64,000 nt of DNA from positions 53,074,001 through 53,138,000 of the forward strand of contig NC_045707.1 of assembly GCF_009834535.1 (NCBI RefSeq), written 5' to 3'. This document shows, piece after piece, positions 52,123 through 59,100 of the stretch; positions within the stretch are counted from its first letter, which is position 1; every line of letters starts with the position of its first letter. The translations under genes and the position numbers were made by a program. The notes under the pieces were generated by a model. That model did not search any database and was not told where the DNA came from. It saw only the letters and a program-made list of their open reading frames with translations. This DNA comes from Camelus ferus (Eukaryota).

Positions 52123-54009
52123 CCATATAGGGAAAAAGTTAATTTTTTTAATGTTTGTTTTCGTAACAATTCTAGGGGCAAAAAAAAACTCATACTTGCC
52201 ACAGTCCTTTCAATAAAAAGTAAATTCTTTTTCTGGACAAGAATGTTGTTTTAGGCAAATTACTTTTATCAGGTTCATCCTCAGTCAGTAGGGAATAATA
52301 TTTCTCTTGAAGAACAAACACATTTTTGAAACCTCTCCTCCCCTGTAAAAGGACTTTCCAAAATGAAGAATAAAACTGCATAAGAGGAAAATATTTAATG
52401 GCAAATTGGGACTTTCCTTCCTGATCCAAATTAGCTGTATTTGTAGCCCTAGGATGTTAGCTGTTTTCAAATTCTGTTCATGTCAGTATCTTAAGGAATT
52501 TGGATCTCTGGGATTTGTTATGGGATATTTTATAAGCAGCAGCTCATAGATAATTTCGCCTCCTATCACAGGTAGAAGTAAAATCTGGAGAAGAAGATGA
52601 AGAAATTTTATTTAAAGAGAGAGCCAAACTTTACAGGTGGGATCGAGAGGTCAGTCAGTGGAAGGAGCGTGGCGTTGGAGACATAAAGATCCTGTGGCAC
52701 ACGATGAAGAACTACTACCGCGTCCTCATGAGAAGAGACCAGGTCTTCAAAGTGTGCGCAAACCACGTCATCACCAAAACCATGGAACTGAAACCCTTGA
52801 ATGTTTCTAACAATGCTTTAGTTTGGACTGCCTCAGATTATGCTGGTGAGCTCTATTCTCAAATGCTACTTTCTGTTTTTTGAATTTTTCTAAAATCTAT
52901 AGCAAACAGGTAAAACCATTTGTAACTTTTTTTTTAAACACTAAGTTTACTGTTTTGTTTGTTGCTGTTTAATAGATGGAGAAGCCAAAGTGGAACAGCT
53001 TGCAGTGAGATTTAAAACTAAAGAAATGGCCGATTGTTTTAAGAAAAAATTTGAAGAATGTCAACAGAATTTACTGAAACTCCAGAAAGGACAGGTGTCA
53101 TTGGCAGCAGAATTGTCAAAAGAGACAAACCCTGTAGTGTTTTTCGATGTTTGTGCAGAAGATGAACCTCTAGGACGTATAACCATAGAATTGTTTTCAA
53201 ACATTGTTCCTCAAACTGCTGAGAACTTCAGAGCACTGTGCACTGGAGAGAAGGGCTTTGGTTTCAAGAACTCCATTTTTCACAGAGTAATTCCAGGTTT
53301 TATTTGCCAGGTAAGTCTGAACTGTACCTCACAGTTGAGTCTAGAGAGTCCAGCACACCAGCTGGGAAATTTGAGTGTTTCTCCTTTTCTCCTTTCCTGT
53401 AATTTTCTTAGACAACTTCTTAGCTTTTCCACATATCAATTGTTGTCACCACCCCAACTTCTATCCTCACAAGTACTTTCAGCCTAAAGTCATTTATATT
53501 TCTAATATCTTGAACCTGCTAGAAATTGAGGGTGGGAAAAAGAGCTTTTCATTTTTGTCTTCTTTCACAAATGGATATTTTCTTAGTTTTTAAACTACAT
53601 TCTCAAAGAAGCTGAGTGTTTAGGACCTATCCTTTAGTGGTTAATTCTGTATCTGTTGTAACATTTTATTTGGGATTCCTGTTAATTGAAATCTTTTTTT
53701 CAGGGGGGAGATATCACCAAACACGATGGAACTGGAGGACGGTCCATTTATGGAGATAAATTTGAAGATGAAAATTTTAAGGTGAAACATACTGGTCCTG
53801 GCTTACTATCCATGGCCAATCGAGGCCGGGATACCAATAATTCTCAGTTTTTCATAACACTGAAAAAAGCAGAAAATTTGGACTTTAAGCATGTAGTATT
53901 TGGGTTTGTTAAGGATGGCATGGATACTGTGAAAAAGATTGAATCATTTGGTTCTCCTAAAGGATCTGTTAGTCAAAGAATTATCATCACAGAATGTGGA
54001 CAGATATAA
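3194..54009 (+). CDS. RANBP2: RANBP2 / Nup358 E3 SUMO-protein ligase, whole gene span (29 canonical coding exons, ~3095 aa)
   Basis: Exons joined by hand at GT-AG sites give a continuous 9288-nt ORF from [18 protein letters not shown] to ...ITECGQI*. It contains four Ran-binding domains, a zinc-finger array, IR1/IR2 and a C-terminal cyclophilin domain. Confidence 0.98.
4393..4483 (-). mobile_element. tRNA-Ala-derived SINE (Vic-1-like, camelid)
   Basis: Reverse complement has A box TAGCTCAGTGG and B box GGTTTAATCCC; 13-bp TSD ATAAAGAGTATTA at 4380-4392 and 4484-4496. Confidence 0.85.
5053..5299. mobile_element. Tigger2/MER8-like MITE (TcMar-Tigger)
   Basis: TA|cagggacccttgaacaac ... ttgttcaatggtcaactg|TA terminal inverted repeats with TA target duplication. 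Confidence 0.75.
7195..8482 (-). mobile_element. Old LINE-1 (L1M-type) 3' end / ORF2 3' fragment
   Basis: Antisense L1 hallmarks: 'tttatccatt...gatggacact', 'gtagaattgctggg', 'tttgaggaattgccaaact', 'agtggctgcaccatttt', 'agggttccagtttctccaca'. Confidence 0.85.
8474..9258 (-). pseudogene. Degenerate 28S (LSU) rRNA fragment, domains IV-V/VI region
   Basis: Colinear matches to the antisense of conserved 28S segments recalled from memory: GTAAAACTAACCTG, TCTAAACCCAGCTCAC, TATTAGTG.GTGAACAATCC, TGATAGGAAGA, TTTGACAGGTGTAC, GATGA.GAGGCATTTG.CTACCTT, GAAATCACATC. Heavily mutated with internal deletions. Confidence 0.85.
11154..11221 (+). CDS. RANBP2: RANBP2 exon 2
   Basis: tttag|[27 protein letters not shown]|gtaagt; 68 nt. 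Confidence 0.95.
12493..12604 (+). CDS. RANBP2: RANBP2 exon 3 (TPR)
   Basis: [41 protein letters not shown] flanks; 112 nt, phase consistent. Confidence 0.95.
12745..12937 (-). mobile_element. tRNA-derived SINE (Vic-1-like)
   Basis: ctggggattgaacccaggacc...gcgctctaccactgag plus an AT-rich tail with a repeated 'taggtttat' motif. Confidence 0.8.
13353..13505 (+). CDS. RANBP2: RANBP2 exon 4
   Basis: [21 protein letters not shown]...AIYKLK; 153 nt; AG/GT. Confidence 0.95.
13620..13865 (+). mobile_element. L1MA-type LINE-1 3'UTR fragment
   Basis: 'tgaaagttgctaagaga.tagatcttaaaagtt.tcatcacaagaaaaa' 3'UTR motif. Confidence 0.7.
15790..16020 (+). CDS. RANBP2: RANBP2 exon 5
   Basis: [23 protein letters not shown]...AVQTLK; 231 nt; AG/GT. 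Confidence 0.95.
16347..16492 (+). CDS. RANBP2: RANBP2 exon 6
   Basis: [18 protein letters not shown]...ESRELLE; 146 nt; AG/GT. Confidence 0.95.
18085..18277 (+). CDS. RANBP2: RANBP2 exon 7
   Basis: [10 protein letters not shown]...[11 protein letters not shown]; 193 nt; AG/GT. Confidence 0.95.
19345..19640 (-). mobile_element. LINE-1 3' end fragment
   Basis: 'ttgtctgttacaggtgta...cagtgattca' and 'ttccctctcccc...tagttctctgtatccatgaatctgtttct'. Confidence 0.55.
20105..20600 (-). mobile_element. MER47-like Tigger-family DNA transposon remnant
   Basis: TA-cagatggtccctgagttacgatgg at the left end and ...ttgtaggtcgagg at the right; internal 'taggtgtattaaatgcatttt' resembles the MER47 consensus as recalled. 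Confidence 0.6.
22160..22300 (-). mobile_element. tRNA-derived SINE (Vic-1-like)
   Basis: Same head motif; perfect 16-bp TSD TGTAGGCATCTTTTAT at 22144-22159 and 22301-22316. Confidence 0.85.
22483..22570 (+). CDS. RANBP2: RANBP2 exon 8
   Basis: [29 protein letters not shown]; 88 nt; AG/GT. Confidence 0.95.
23505..23870 (-). mobile_element. L1MB-type 3' end fragment
   Basis: Poly-T followed by 'ttcaccc..tttaagtgtacag', 'caattttagaa..ttttcatc', 'cccattctggacatttcata'. Confidence 0.75.
24321..24530 (+). CDS. RANBP2: RANBP2 exon 9 (possible alternative donor at 24593)
   Basis: [21 protein letters not shown]...LARCDV; 210 nt; TTG|gtaagt. Confidence 0.93.
25595..25776 (+). CDS. RANBP2: RANBP2 exon 10
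   Basis: [19 protein letters not shown]...ICTLDLE; 182 nt; AG/GT. Confidence 0.95.
25863..26038 (+). CDS. RANBP2: RANBP2 exon 11
   Basis: [18 protein letters not shown]...LIHRKA; 176 nt; AG/GT. Confidence 0.95.
26192..26315 (+). CDS. RANBP2: RANBP2 exon 12
   Basis: [41 protein letters not shown]; 124 nt; ends at codon 585 (ACG). Confidence 0.95.
26992..27153 (+). CDS. RANBP2: RANBP2 exon 13
   Basis: [23 protein letters not shown]...HSADIQ; 162 nt. Confidence 0.95.
27418..27555 (+). CDS. RANBP2: RANBP2 exon 14
   Basis: [23 protein letters not shown]...SYWNLAL; 138 nt. Confidence 0.95.
27634..27780 (+). CDS. RANBP2: RANBP2 exon 15
   Basis: [26 protein letters not shown]...SVVQK; 147 nt. 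Confidence 0.95.
28639..28818 (+). CDS. RANBP2: RANBP2 exon 16
   Basis: [19 protein letters not shown]...SPSKSYK; 180 nt. Confidence 0.95.
28905..28988 (+). CDS. RANBP2: RANBP2 exon 17
   Basis: [28 protein letters not shown]; 84 nt. Confidence 0.95.
31003..31138 (+). CDS. RANBP2: RANBP2 exon 18
   Basis: [32 protein letters not shown]...APLT; 136 nt. Confidence 0.94.
34414..34508 (+). CDS. RANBP2: RANBP2 exon 19
   Basis: [31 protein letters not shown]; 95 nt; long polypyrimidine tract upstream. Confidence 0.94.
34868..35065 (+). mobile_element. MIR SINE
   Basis: MIR core 'gtgacttcgggcaagcttcttaacctctct...cctcatatgtaaaatgaggataata' and 'aaagtgcttagaac'. Confidence 0.75.
35395..40174 (+). 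CDS. RANBP2: RANBP2 giant exon 20 (RBD1, six RanBP2-type zinc fingers, RBD2, BICD2/kinesin-binding region with LEWD, RBD3, FG/FxF repeats)
   Basis: ctag|GGA acceptor and AGG G|gtaagc donor; 4780 nt open frame overlapping ORF 35410..40539. Three HFEPVV...CANH RBDs; six W-x-C-x2-C-x3-N-x6-C-x2-C fingers; LEWD at 39007-39018. Confidence 0.97.
37123..37666 (+). repeat. RANBP2: Internal coding duplication (ZnF3 unit vs ZnF5 unit)
   Basis: 37123-37297 and 37492-37666 match at 169 of 175 nt; offset 369 nt. Confidence 0.9.
40729..40806 (+). CDS. RANBP2: Candidate in-frame cassette exon of RANBP2 (26 codons)
   Basis: tttattttgtag|GA...AAAG|gtacag; 78 nt, phase 1-1, no stop: (G)[25 protein letters not shown]. 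Confidence 0.7.
41838..42142 (+). mobile_element. MER33-like hAT-Charlie MITE
   Basis: 'aaacaggtgaaa...tgaaattaattttaat' and 'gcagcacatcccagttggactggcc' match the MER33 layout. Confidence 0.65.
42395..42545 (-). mobile_element. tRNA-derived SINE (Vic-1-like)
   Basis: ctggggattgaacccaggacc...ctctacccctgagc; degenerate TSD t(g/a)gatg(t/g)aattctt. Confidence 0.8.
43029..43199 (+). CDS. RANBP2: RANBP2 exon 21 (IR1, SUMO E3)
   Basis: [56 protein letters not shown]; 171 nt. Confidence 0.95.
43789..43881 (+). CDS. RANBP2: RANBP2 exon 22 (M region)
   Basis: [31 protein letters not shown]; 93 nt. Confidence 0.94.
44161..44339 (+). CDS. RANBP2: RANBP2 exon 23 (IR2)
   Basis: [33 protein letters not shown]...VQEAQ; 179 nt. 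Confidence 0.94.
45880..46700 (-). mobile_element. L1M 3' end fragments
   Basis: 'cagttcacccatttta', 'caattttagaacatt', 'tgtgtctggcttctttcacttag', 'atctgttgatggcc'. Confidence 0.7.
47106..47310 (+). CDS. RANBP2: RANBP2 exon 24
   Basis: KSQSEEATS...[19 protein letters not shown]; 205 nt; AG/GT. Confidence 0.92.
48483..48584 (+). CDS. RANBP2: RANBP2 exon 25
   Basis: [33 protein letters not shown]; 102 nt. Confidence 0.94.
49944..50108. mobile_element. MER5-like hAT MITE
   Basis: cagtggttttcaac ... gttaagaaccattg inverted termini, about 165 bp. Confidence 0.6.
51109..51254 (+). CDS. RANBP2: RANBP2 exon 26
   Basis: [15 protein letters not shown]...[13 protein letters not shown]; 146 nt. Confidence 0.94.
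51505..52086 (-). mobile_element. Nested LINE-1 3' ends (younger ~51587-51809 inside an older copy)
   Basis: The outer L1 3'UTR is interrupted by a poly-T-led L1 tail flanked by TSD TGTTTATCTTTTTT at 51573-51586 and 51810-51823. Confidence 0.7.
52087..52118. repeat. (TG)n microsatellite
   Basis: About 16 perfect TG units. Confidence 0.95.
52572..52845 (+). CDS. RANBP2: RANBP2 exon 27 (RBD4)
   Basis: [24 protein letters not shown]...VWTASDYA; 274 nt. Confidence 0.95.
52976..53310 (+). CDS. RANBP2: RANBP2 exon 28 (RBD4 end, cyclophilin start)
   Basis: [15 protein letters not shown]...NPVVFFDV...[11 protein letters not shown]; 335 nt. Confidence 0.95.
53704..54009 (+). CDS. RANBP2: RANBP2 last coding exon 29 (cyclophilin)
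   Basis: [17 protein letters not shown]...ITECGQI then TAA; 306 nt. Confidence 0.96.
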   Translation, partial: GGDITKHDGTGGRSIYGDKFEDENFKVKHTGPGLLSMANRGRDTNNSQFFITLKKAENLDFKHVVFGFVKDGMDTVKKIESFGSPKGSVSQRIIITECGQI

Positions 54010-54189
54010 ATTTGTTTTTCATAGTGAATTTTACCTGTATAAACTGTTGAATTGAAGCTTAGCTGTTATGACAATATGATAATTATGTTCAGCTTTTGAA
54101 AATGGACGTTTCCAATGTATAAATGTAAAATTGCAGCTTATAGCTGTGGTCACTTTTTAATGTGCTATAATTGACCTTGCATGGTGTGA

Positions 54190-54875
54190 AATAAAAGTTT
54201 AAACACTGGTGTATTTCAGGTGTACTTGTGTTTATGTACTCCTGACATCTGTATTAAAATGGAGTAATACTAATCTTGTTAAAAGCAATAGGACCTTCTC
54301 AAACTATTGAAGGAATATGACATATGCAATTTAATTTTAATTTCTTTTAAGATACTGGACTTCCTGCATGGATATACTTACTGTTTGAATAAAGGGACCA
54401 TGACTTGGATAAGTTTTATTTTAGACTTGGAATATATTTGGTAATTTTAACTATTGGTGTGCTCATTTTTGCAGAGAGTCACTTATGAATGGTAGAGCCA
54501 CAGAGGGTAGAAACGTAACCAAAGTGCTCTTCTTTAACTTCCTGCACCTCCTGTGTAGTTGAATTAACTTTTCAGCAGAGTACCTTCTTTCCTTAAAATG
54601 ATATTTAGCTTCCTGTTCCCTTTCAAAGGTATTTAATTAATTTTTACATTTTAAACAAGTTATTTACTTAAAGATTTTTTTAAGCCTTTCTGTCATCTGT
54701 TTCTACTACCTCAAACTGCAGCTTGGTTCTGACAGAACTTGAATTTTTCCTTGCAGTTATTGTGATAAAGTATGAGTATTTTTAAAAGGTCTATACCATG
54801 TTTTTTGGTTAAAGATTTGCTTTATACTAGATTGTTGCAGTACCTTTTTCTGGTGAATTTTGTAGCAAAAATAAA
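54190..54875 (+). terminator. RANBP2: RANBP2 3'UTR polyadenylation signals (AATAAA at 54190, 54388, 54870)
   Basis: Three AATAAA hexamers in an AU-rich 3'UTR; the first is followed by GU-rich sequence. Which are used cannot be read from sequence. Confidence 0.6.
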
Positions 54876-55200
54876 GTGACAATTGTTAACAGCCATGACA
54901 TTTTAAAAAATTAATTACTTGTGCATCTAGTTATTTGTTCATCTTTTAACCAAAGTGCGGAGGATAATTTAGGTCGGTAAACTCACACTGCTGCATAATT
55001 CCCAGAGCTCCCAAAGAGGTGCCTGTTTTCGAGTTGGGTGTACACGAAAAACTCACTCGGAAACGGCGTGTGTCAAAAGTTCGACCGAAACGGGGGACGG
55101 TGTCACCGGCCTGCTCAGTGCAGAACTGCAGAGAATCTAGAGTGCGTTTTCGGGTTCTAGTCGCTGCCAGTGGTGCCCTCTGCCCTCCTGTGTTCTTCCC

Positions 55201-55210
55201 GTGACGTCAC
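55201..55210. promoter_or_regulatory. Full palindromic CRE (GTGACGTCAC) upstream of CCDC138
   Basis: Perfect TGACGTCA core about 840 bp upstream of the CCDC138 ATG. Confidence 0.5.
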
Positions 55211-55389
55211 CTCGTTGTGTTTGGTGACACATCGGGCTTGATGGCACTGCTGGGGATTTGGAAAATAGCTGCAAAGTGGCTCCTGTAATGAGCACCTGCT
55301 CAGCGCGGGGCAGAGGAGAGGAGGGTGTCACGGGGCTCGTGCAGGAGCGGCCGGTGGTCCTGAGCCTTAAAGAGGACGGTGGGCCAAAC

Positions 55390-55392
<3 letters not shown>

Positions 55393-55437
<45 letters not shown>

Positions 55438-55560
55438 CATATGTGTATGTGTACCCATGTGTATCTGTGTGCACATGTATATGTACGCATAGCTGTATGT
55501 GTATGTGTTGTGTGTGCATGTGTACGCGTGTGTACACATGTCTGTGTGTGCGCGCACGTC
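55393..55560. repeat. (TG)n microsatellite followed by an imperfect alternating purine-pyrimidine tract
   Basis: About 20 perfect GT units, then mixed TA/TG/CA/CG dinucleotides. Confidence 0.9.
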
Positions 55561-56047
55561 TGCTGAGAAAAGCCGGCTTCCTCGGAAACCTGTGAAATAC
55601 AAGCCTCTCGGCTGGGACCCCGGACCCCCTGTCTCGGGTTCAGAGCAGATCCCAAGTAAAGACAGCTGCACCCGAGAGGCTTCCTGCGCCGAGTGCACGA
55701 TTTCCGCGGTGCAGAACGATGACTGGAGAGGCTCGGAAACGGCTGCTTTGACCGAAACCGACTCTCCAGTACTAGTGATCGCAAGGGCTTCCAAGGACGG
55801 CGCCTCAGCCCGACCCGGCGGGACGCGGAGCAGTCGCGCAGCGCCAGGCACGCAGAAAGGAGAGGAAAGAAGAAAGGAAGCGAAAGCACCGGGCCTTCCA
55901 GCTTCGCGCCGCCAGGGCCCGGGAGCACAGACGGCCCACGGCGCCGGGGGCGGGGCGTGAGTGCGTGTGTGCGTCGTGACGCACATCCGCTGCGCCCGCC
56001 CCGCCGCGCAGCACGCCGTTGCCGCGGAGACGACGGCGGCCGCGGCC

Positions 56048-56140
56048 ATGGAGCCGAGGGTCGTGAAGCCGCCCGGGCAGGACCTAGTAGTGGAGCGCCT
56101 CAAAAGCCGCTACGGACTCGGGGGCGGCTGTCCCGCCGAG
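56048..56140 (+). CDS. CCDC138: CCDC138 exon 1
   Basis: Kozak GCCATGG; MEPRVVKPPGQDLVVERLKSRYGLGGGCPAE; GAG|gtgagg. Confidence 0.94.
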
Positions 56141-59100
56141 GTGAGGCCCCGCCCTGCCTGTCGGTGCGTGCCAGGTCGGCGGGTCGCCAGGTCTGCGGGT
56201 CGGGGCGTGTGGGCGCGGGGCTGAGGGGCGTCGGCGTGAGGCGGGCTCCCTGGTGGCGGTGGCGTGCGCTTGCGGGGAGCGGGCTCCCGGCGGTGACTTG
56301 CGTGCTGGTCAGAACCGCCTTTGTCCTCGCCCAAAGCGGCGTGTCGGAGCCGGTGTCACGCCGAAGGTGCAGGCGCGTGGCCCGGTGGGTCTGGGGTGGT
56401 GGCCTCTGTCCTTGGACCCGGCGCTTTGTTAGGCGAATGAGGTTGGGTTGGGCTGTGGCGGGACGGCGTTCGGCTCTAGGGGGACGGAGTCGGCTGTGCG
56501 AGTCCGAGGTTGGCGGTGAGGGGACCAGGATGGCTATGCGGGGCTTGGGTGGGCTTTGGGGGGACGGAGTTGGCTGTGCGGGGTCGGGGTCGGGGTCGGC
56601 GGTGAGGGCACCAGGATGGCCGTGCGGGGCTGGGGCAGGGTCGGGCAGCTTAAGATCACTGCGACTGTCGCTCTCTTTCAGCCGGGGCGTCGGTGTTCCG
56701 ACCGCGCAGAGCATCAGAGGCGGCCTCCCCGCACCCCAGGTAGGCCAGCGGGGCCCCAGGTGTCCGCACCCACGCGTGTTTAGGACATATCTCTCAGCGT
56801 CTTATTGGGGAGGTGCTCATTCGTTCTTAAACTGCATCAGATGTGGGTGATTATCCTGCATTTAATGTTCGAAACACTCAAAGGGAAGAAATAACGTGGT
56901 GAACGATTGAGGAGTGGTGGGATGTGGAGATGAGGCAGGAAGGCTGGATCCTGAATTTTAGTATTTCCGCTCACTTTCTGCTTGTGTTGCTTGGGAAAGT
57001 TCACTTAACATCTCTGGTCCTTTGGTTCCTAGACTTTAGAGTTAAAGGCATCTTCTCTACTTGCTTCCCAGCCTCCTTGCAGGAGTGGATGAAAGAGTAT
57101 TTTGTAAGCAGCAAAGTGCTATTTAACTATTTAAATATAAGATTTGATGCTTGTTTTCTAGAAGTTTGCATTAGGGAGACATAGAGATAAGAGCTCTCTT
57201 AAGTACTTTTGCTCTCTTACCTTTAGGAACCTAGAATGACGTTGTTAGTATCTGAGCTTAATGAGTAACATCTGCTGTTTTCTTTAACAGTTGATTTCGA
57301 TATCTACTCATGTGGAGATAAAGTTGGTTCACCATTAAAATGTGGTTCTGGTGAAAGGACGTGGGGCCCAGCAACCCTCTGTGGTTCCCTCCAGCGCGGA
57401 CCTGAGAGATGGTAAGATGCCCTGGGTCCTTGCTGGTGCTGTTCTCCACCCCGCCCCCCCAATCCCAGAGCATCCTGGAAAACTGAGGAAAGGTAAAGAC
57501 GCTGCGTGTTTGCCTTTCCCTGAGAGAAGGCATAAGCGGCCTGGAGCCTGGGGAGTAGTTGAAGAGACCGAGTGACTGTCTCTGAGAATCTCTTTAACAG
57601 CTGCACAAACATAGCATGAGGTTTGCCGGCTTCATGGAAAGCGATTTACACAGTATGATAAATGAAAAATTACTTTTGTGTGTTTATTCATCCAGGACCC
57701 AAATGAAGACTGTACTTTTTTTTCTTTTTTTTTTTAGAAAAAAAAAGAGTACTAGGATAAAAATGAATACAAGTTTGTTAGGCAGCAATATTCAGGTCAG
57801 TCTGTGTTGTGTGTCTCCTGGTGTGGTAAGCACTGAGTTTCAGGTGGTTGAGAGAGATGAAGAAGTCAGCCTGTGGTGCTGGTACCTGAAAAGTATGTGT
57901 GATATGCTGCCGGGTGGGAAGGGGTCAGCAGTGATGAAGAGGAGGTCAAAACACTAGAAGCTAAGGTGAAATTAAGTTCTTGGTTGAATATTAAGTGTCA
58001 GAAATATGTGGCAGAAGGAAATGCTTAGGTGTCAAGAGGGATCCACATTTTGGAATAATGTTAAACCCTGAAGAGGTGTACGTAACACAAAATGAAGCAC
58101 TGGCATGATTATGGAGGGAAAGAAACAACTGCCTAAAACATATGTATATTATTGTGATTGATACTGAGTTGCTTCATCCTCTGATTAAAGGAATTAATCC
58201 ACATAGAGCATTTGGCACTTAGAACCGCCCTCAGGACCAAGAAAGGCACTCACGTGTGCCCTTAGCACTGTTGTCGTTCCTTCTGCTGTTGCATTTGGCA
58301 GTAGAGAGTCACATAATTGGTCTGGAGTGAAGATTTGGACATGGGGTGAATTGAATATAGAGGAAGGAAAGTGAAAATTGCTTGAAGATAATTATGAATT
58401 CATGGAAATTATTTTCTTATGTTTAACTGATAGTTTTATCATTTTTAAAATAAATGATCTGGGTAAAATTCCAAGTTATAATTTGAAGATTTTGGACTAT
58501 GAAAGTTTTATAACATTGGACAGTTTTTTCACAATCCCAGGAATTACAGACCTGCCCAGCACAGTAGCCATAGGCCACAGGTGTCTGTTGAGTTCTTGAA
58601 ACGCGGCTGATCTGAATTGAGATGTCCTGTAATTGTAAAATACACACTAGATTTTAAAGGTGGATAAAAGGATGTAAAATATCTCATTTTTTAATAGTGA
58701 TTGTATGTTAAAATGATAACCTTTTAGATATAGGGGCTTAAATATAATATGTTGTTAAAATGTCACGTCTCTTTATGTTTTTAAATGTGGCTGCCAGAAA
58801 ATTTTAAATTATCTTACGTGACTTGCAGCATATCCCTTTAGAACAGTGCTGCTCCAGAAATGGCAACTTTGAGATGGTCTTTTTGGAGAGGATGCCTGGG
58901 ATTCTAGTTCTGCTTCACCTCTGCTCGTTGTTACCTGTCAGTCATTTAACTTCAGCGTCCTGACCTTAAACATTACTTCTTTTACTGAAATTAGACCTGG
59001 CAGCAATACCCTCCCCCATGTGACTGGTACTGTAAAATTTTTCCTTTTGCATTTTAAAAAATGTTTACTTGTTACTTTTTTCTCAGTTGTGCTGCTATTT

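Larger units (their letters stand above)
55550..56790 (+). promoter_or_regulatory. CCDC138: CpG island / promoter of CCDC138
   Basis: High GC/CpG; GC box GGGGCGGGGC near 55947; encloses exon 1 and candidate exon 2. Confidence 0.85.

Noticed and set aside
55137..56850. 200-300 aa ORFs (HTHT/CVCV repeats, R/G-rich)
   Set aside because: Artefacts of the TG microsatellite and the CpG island.
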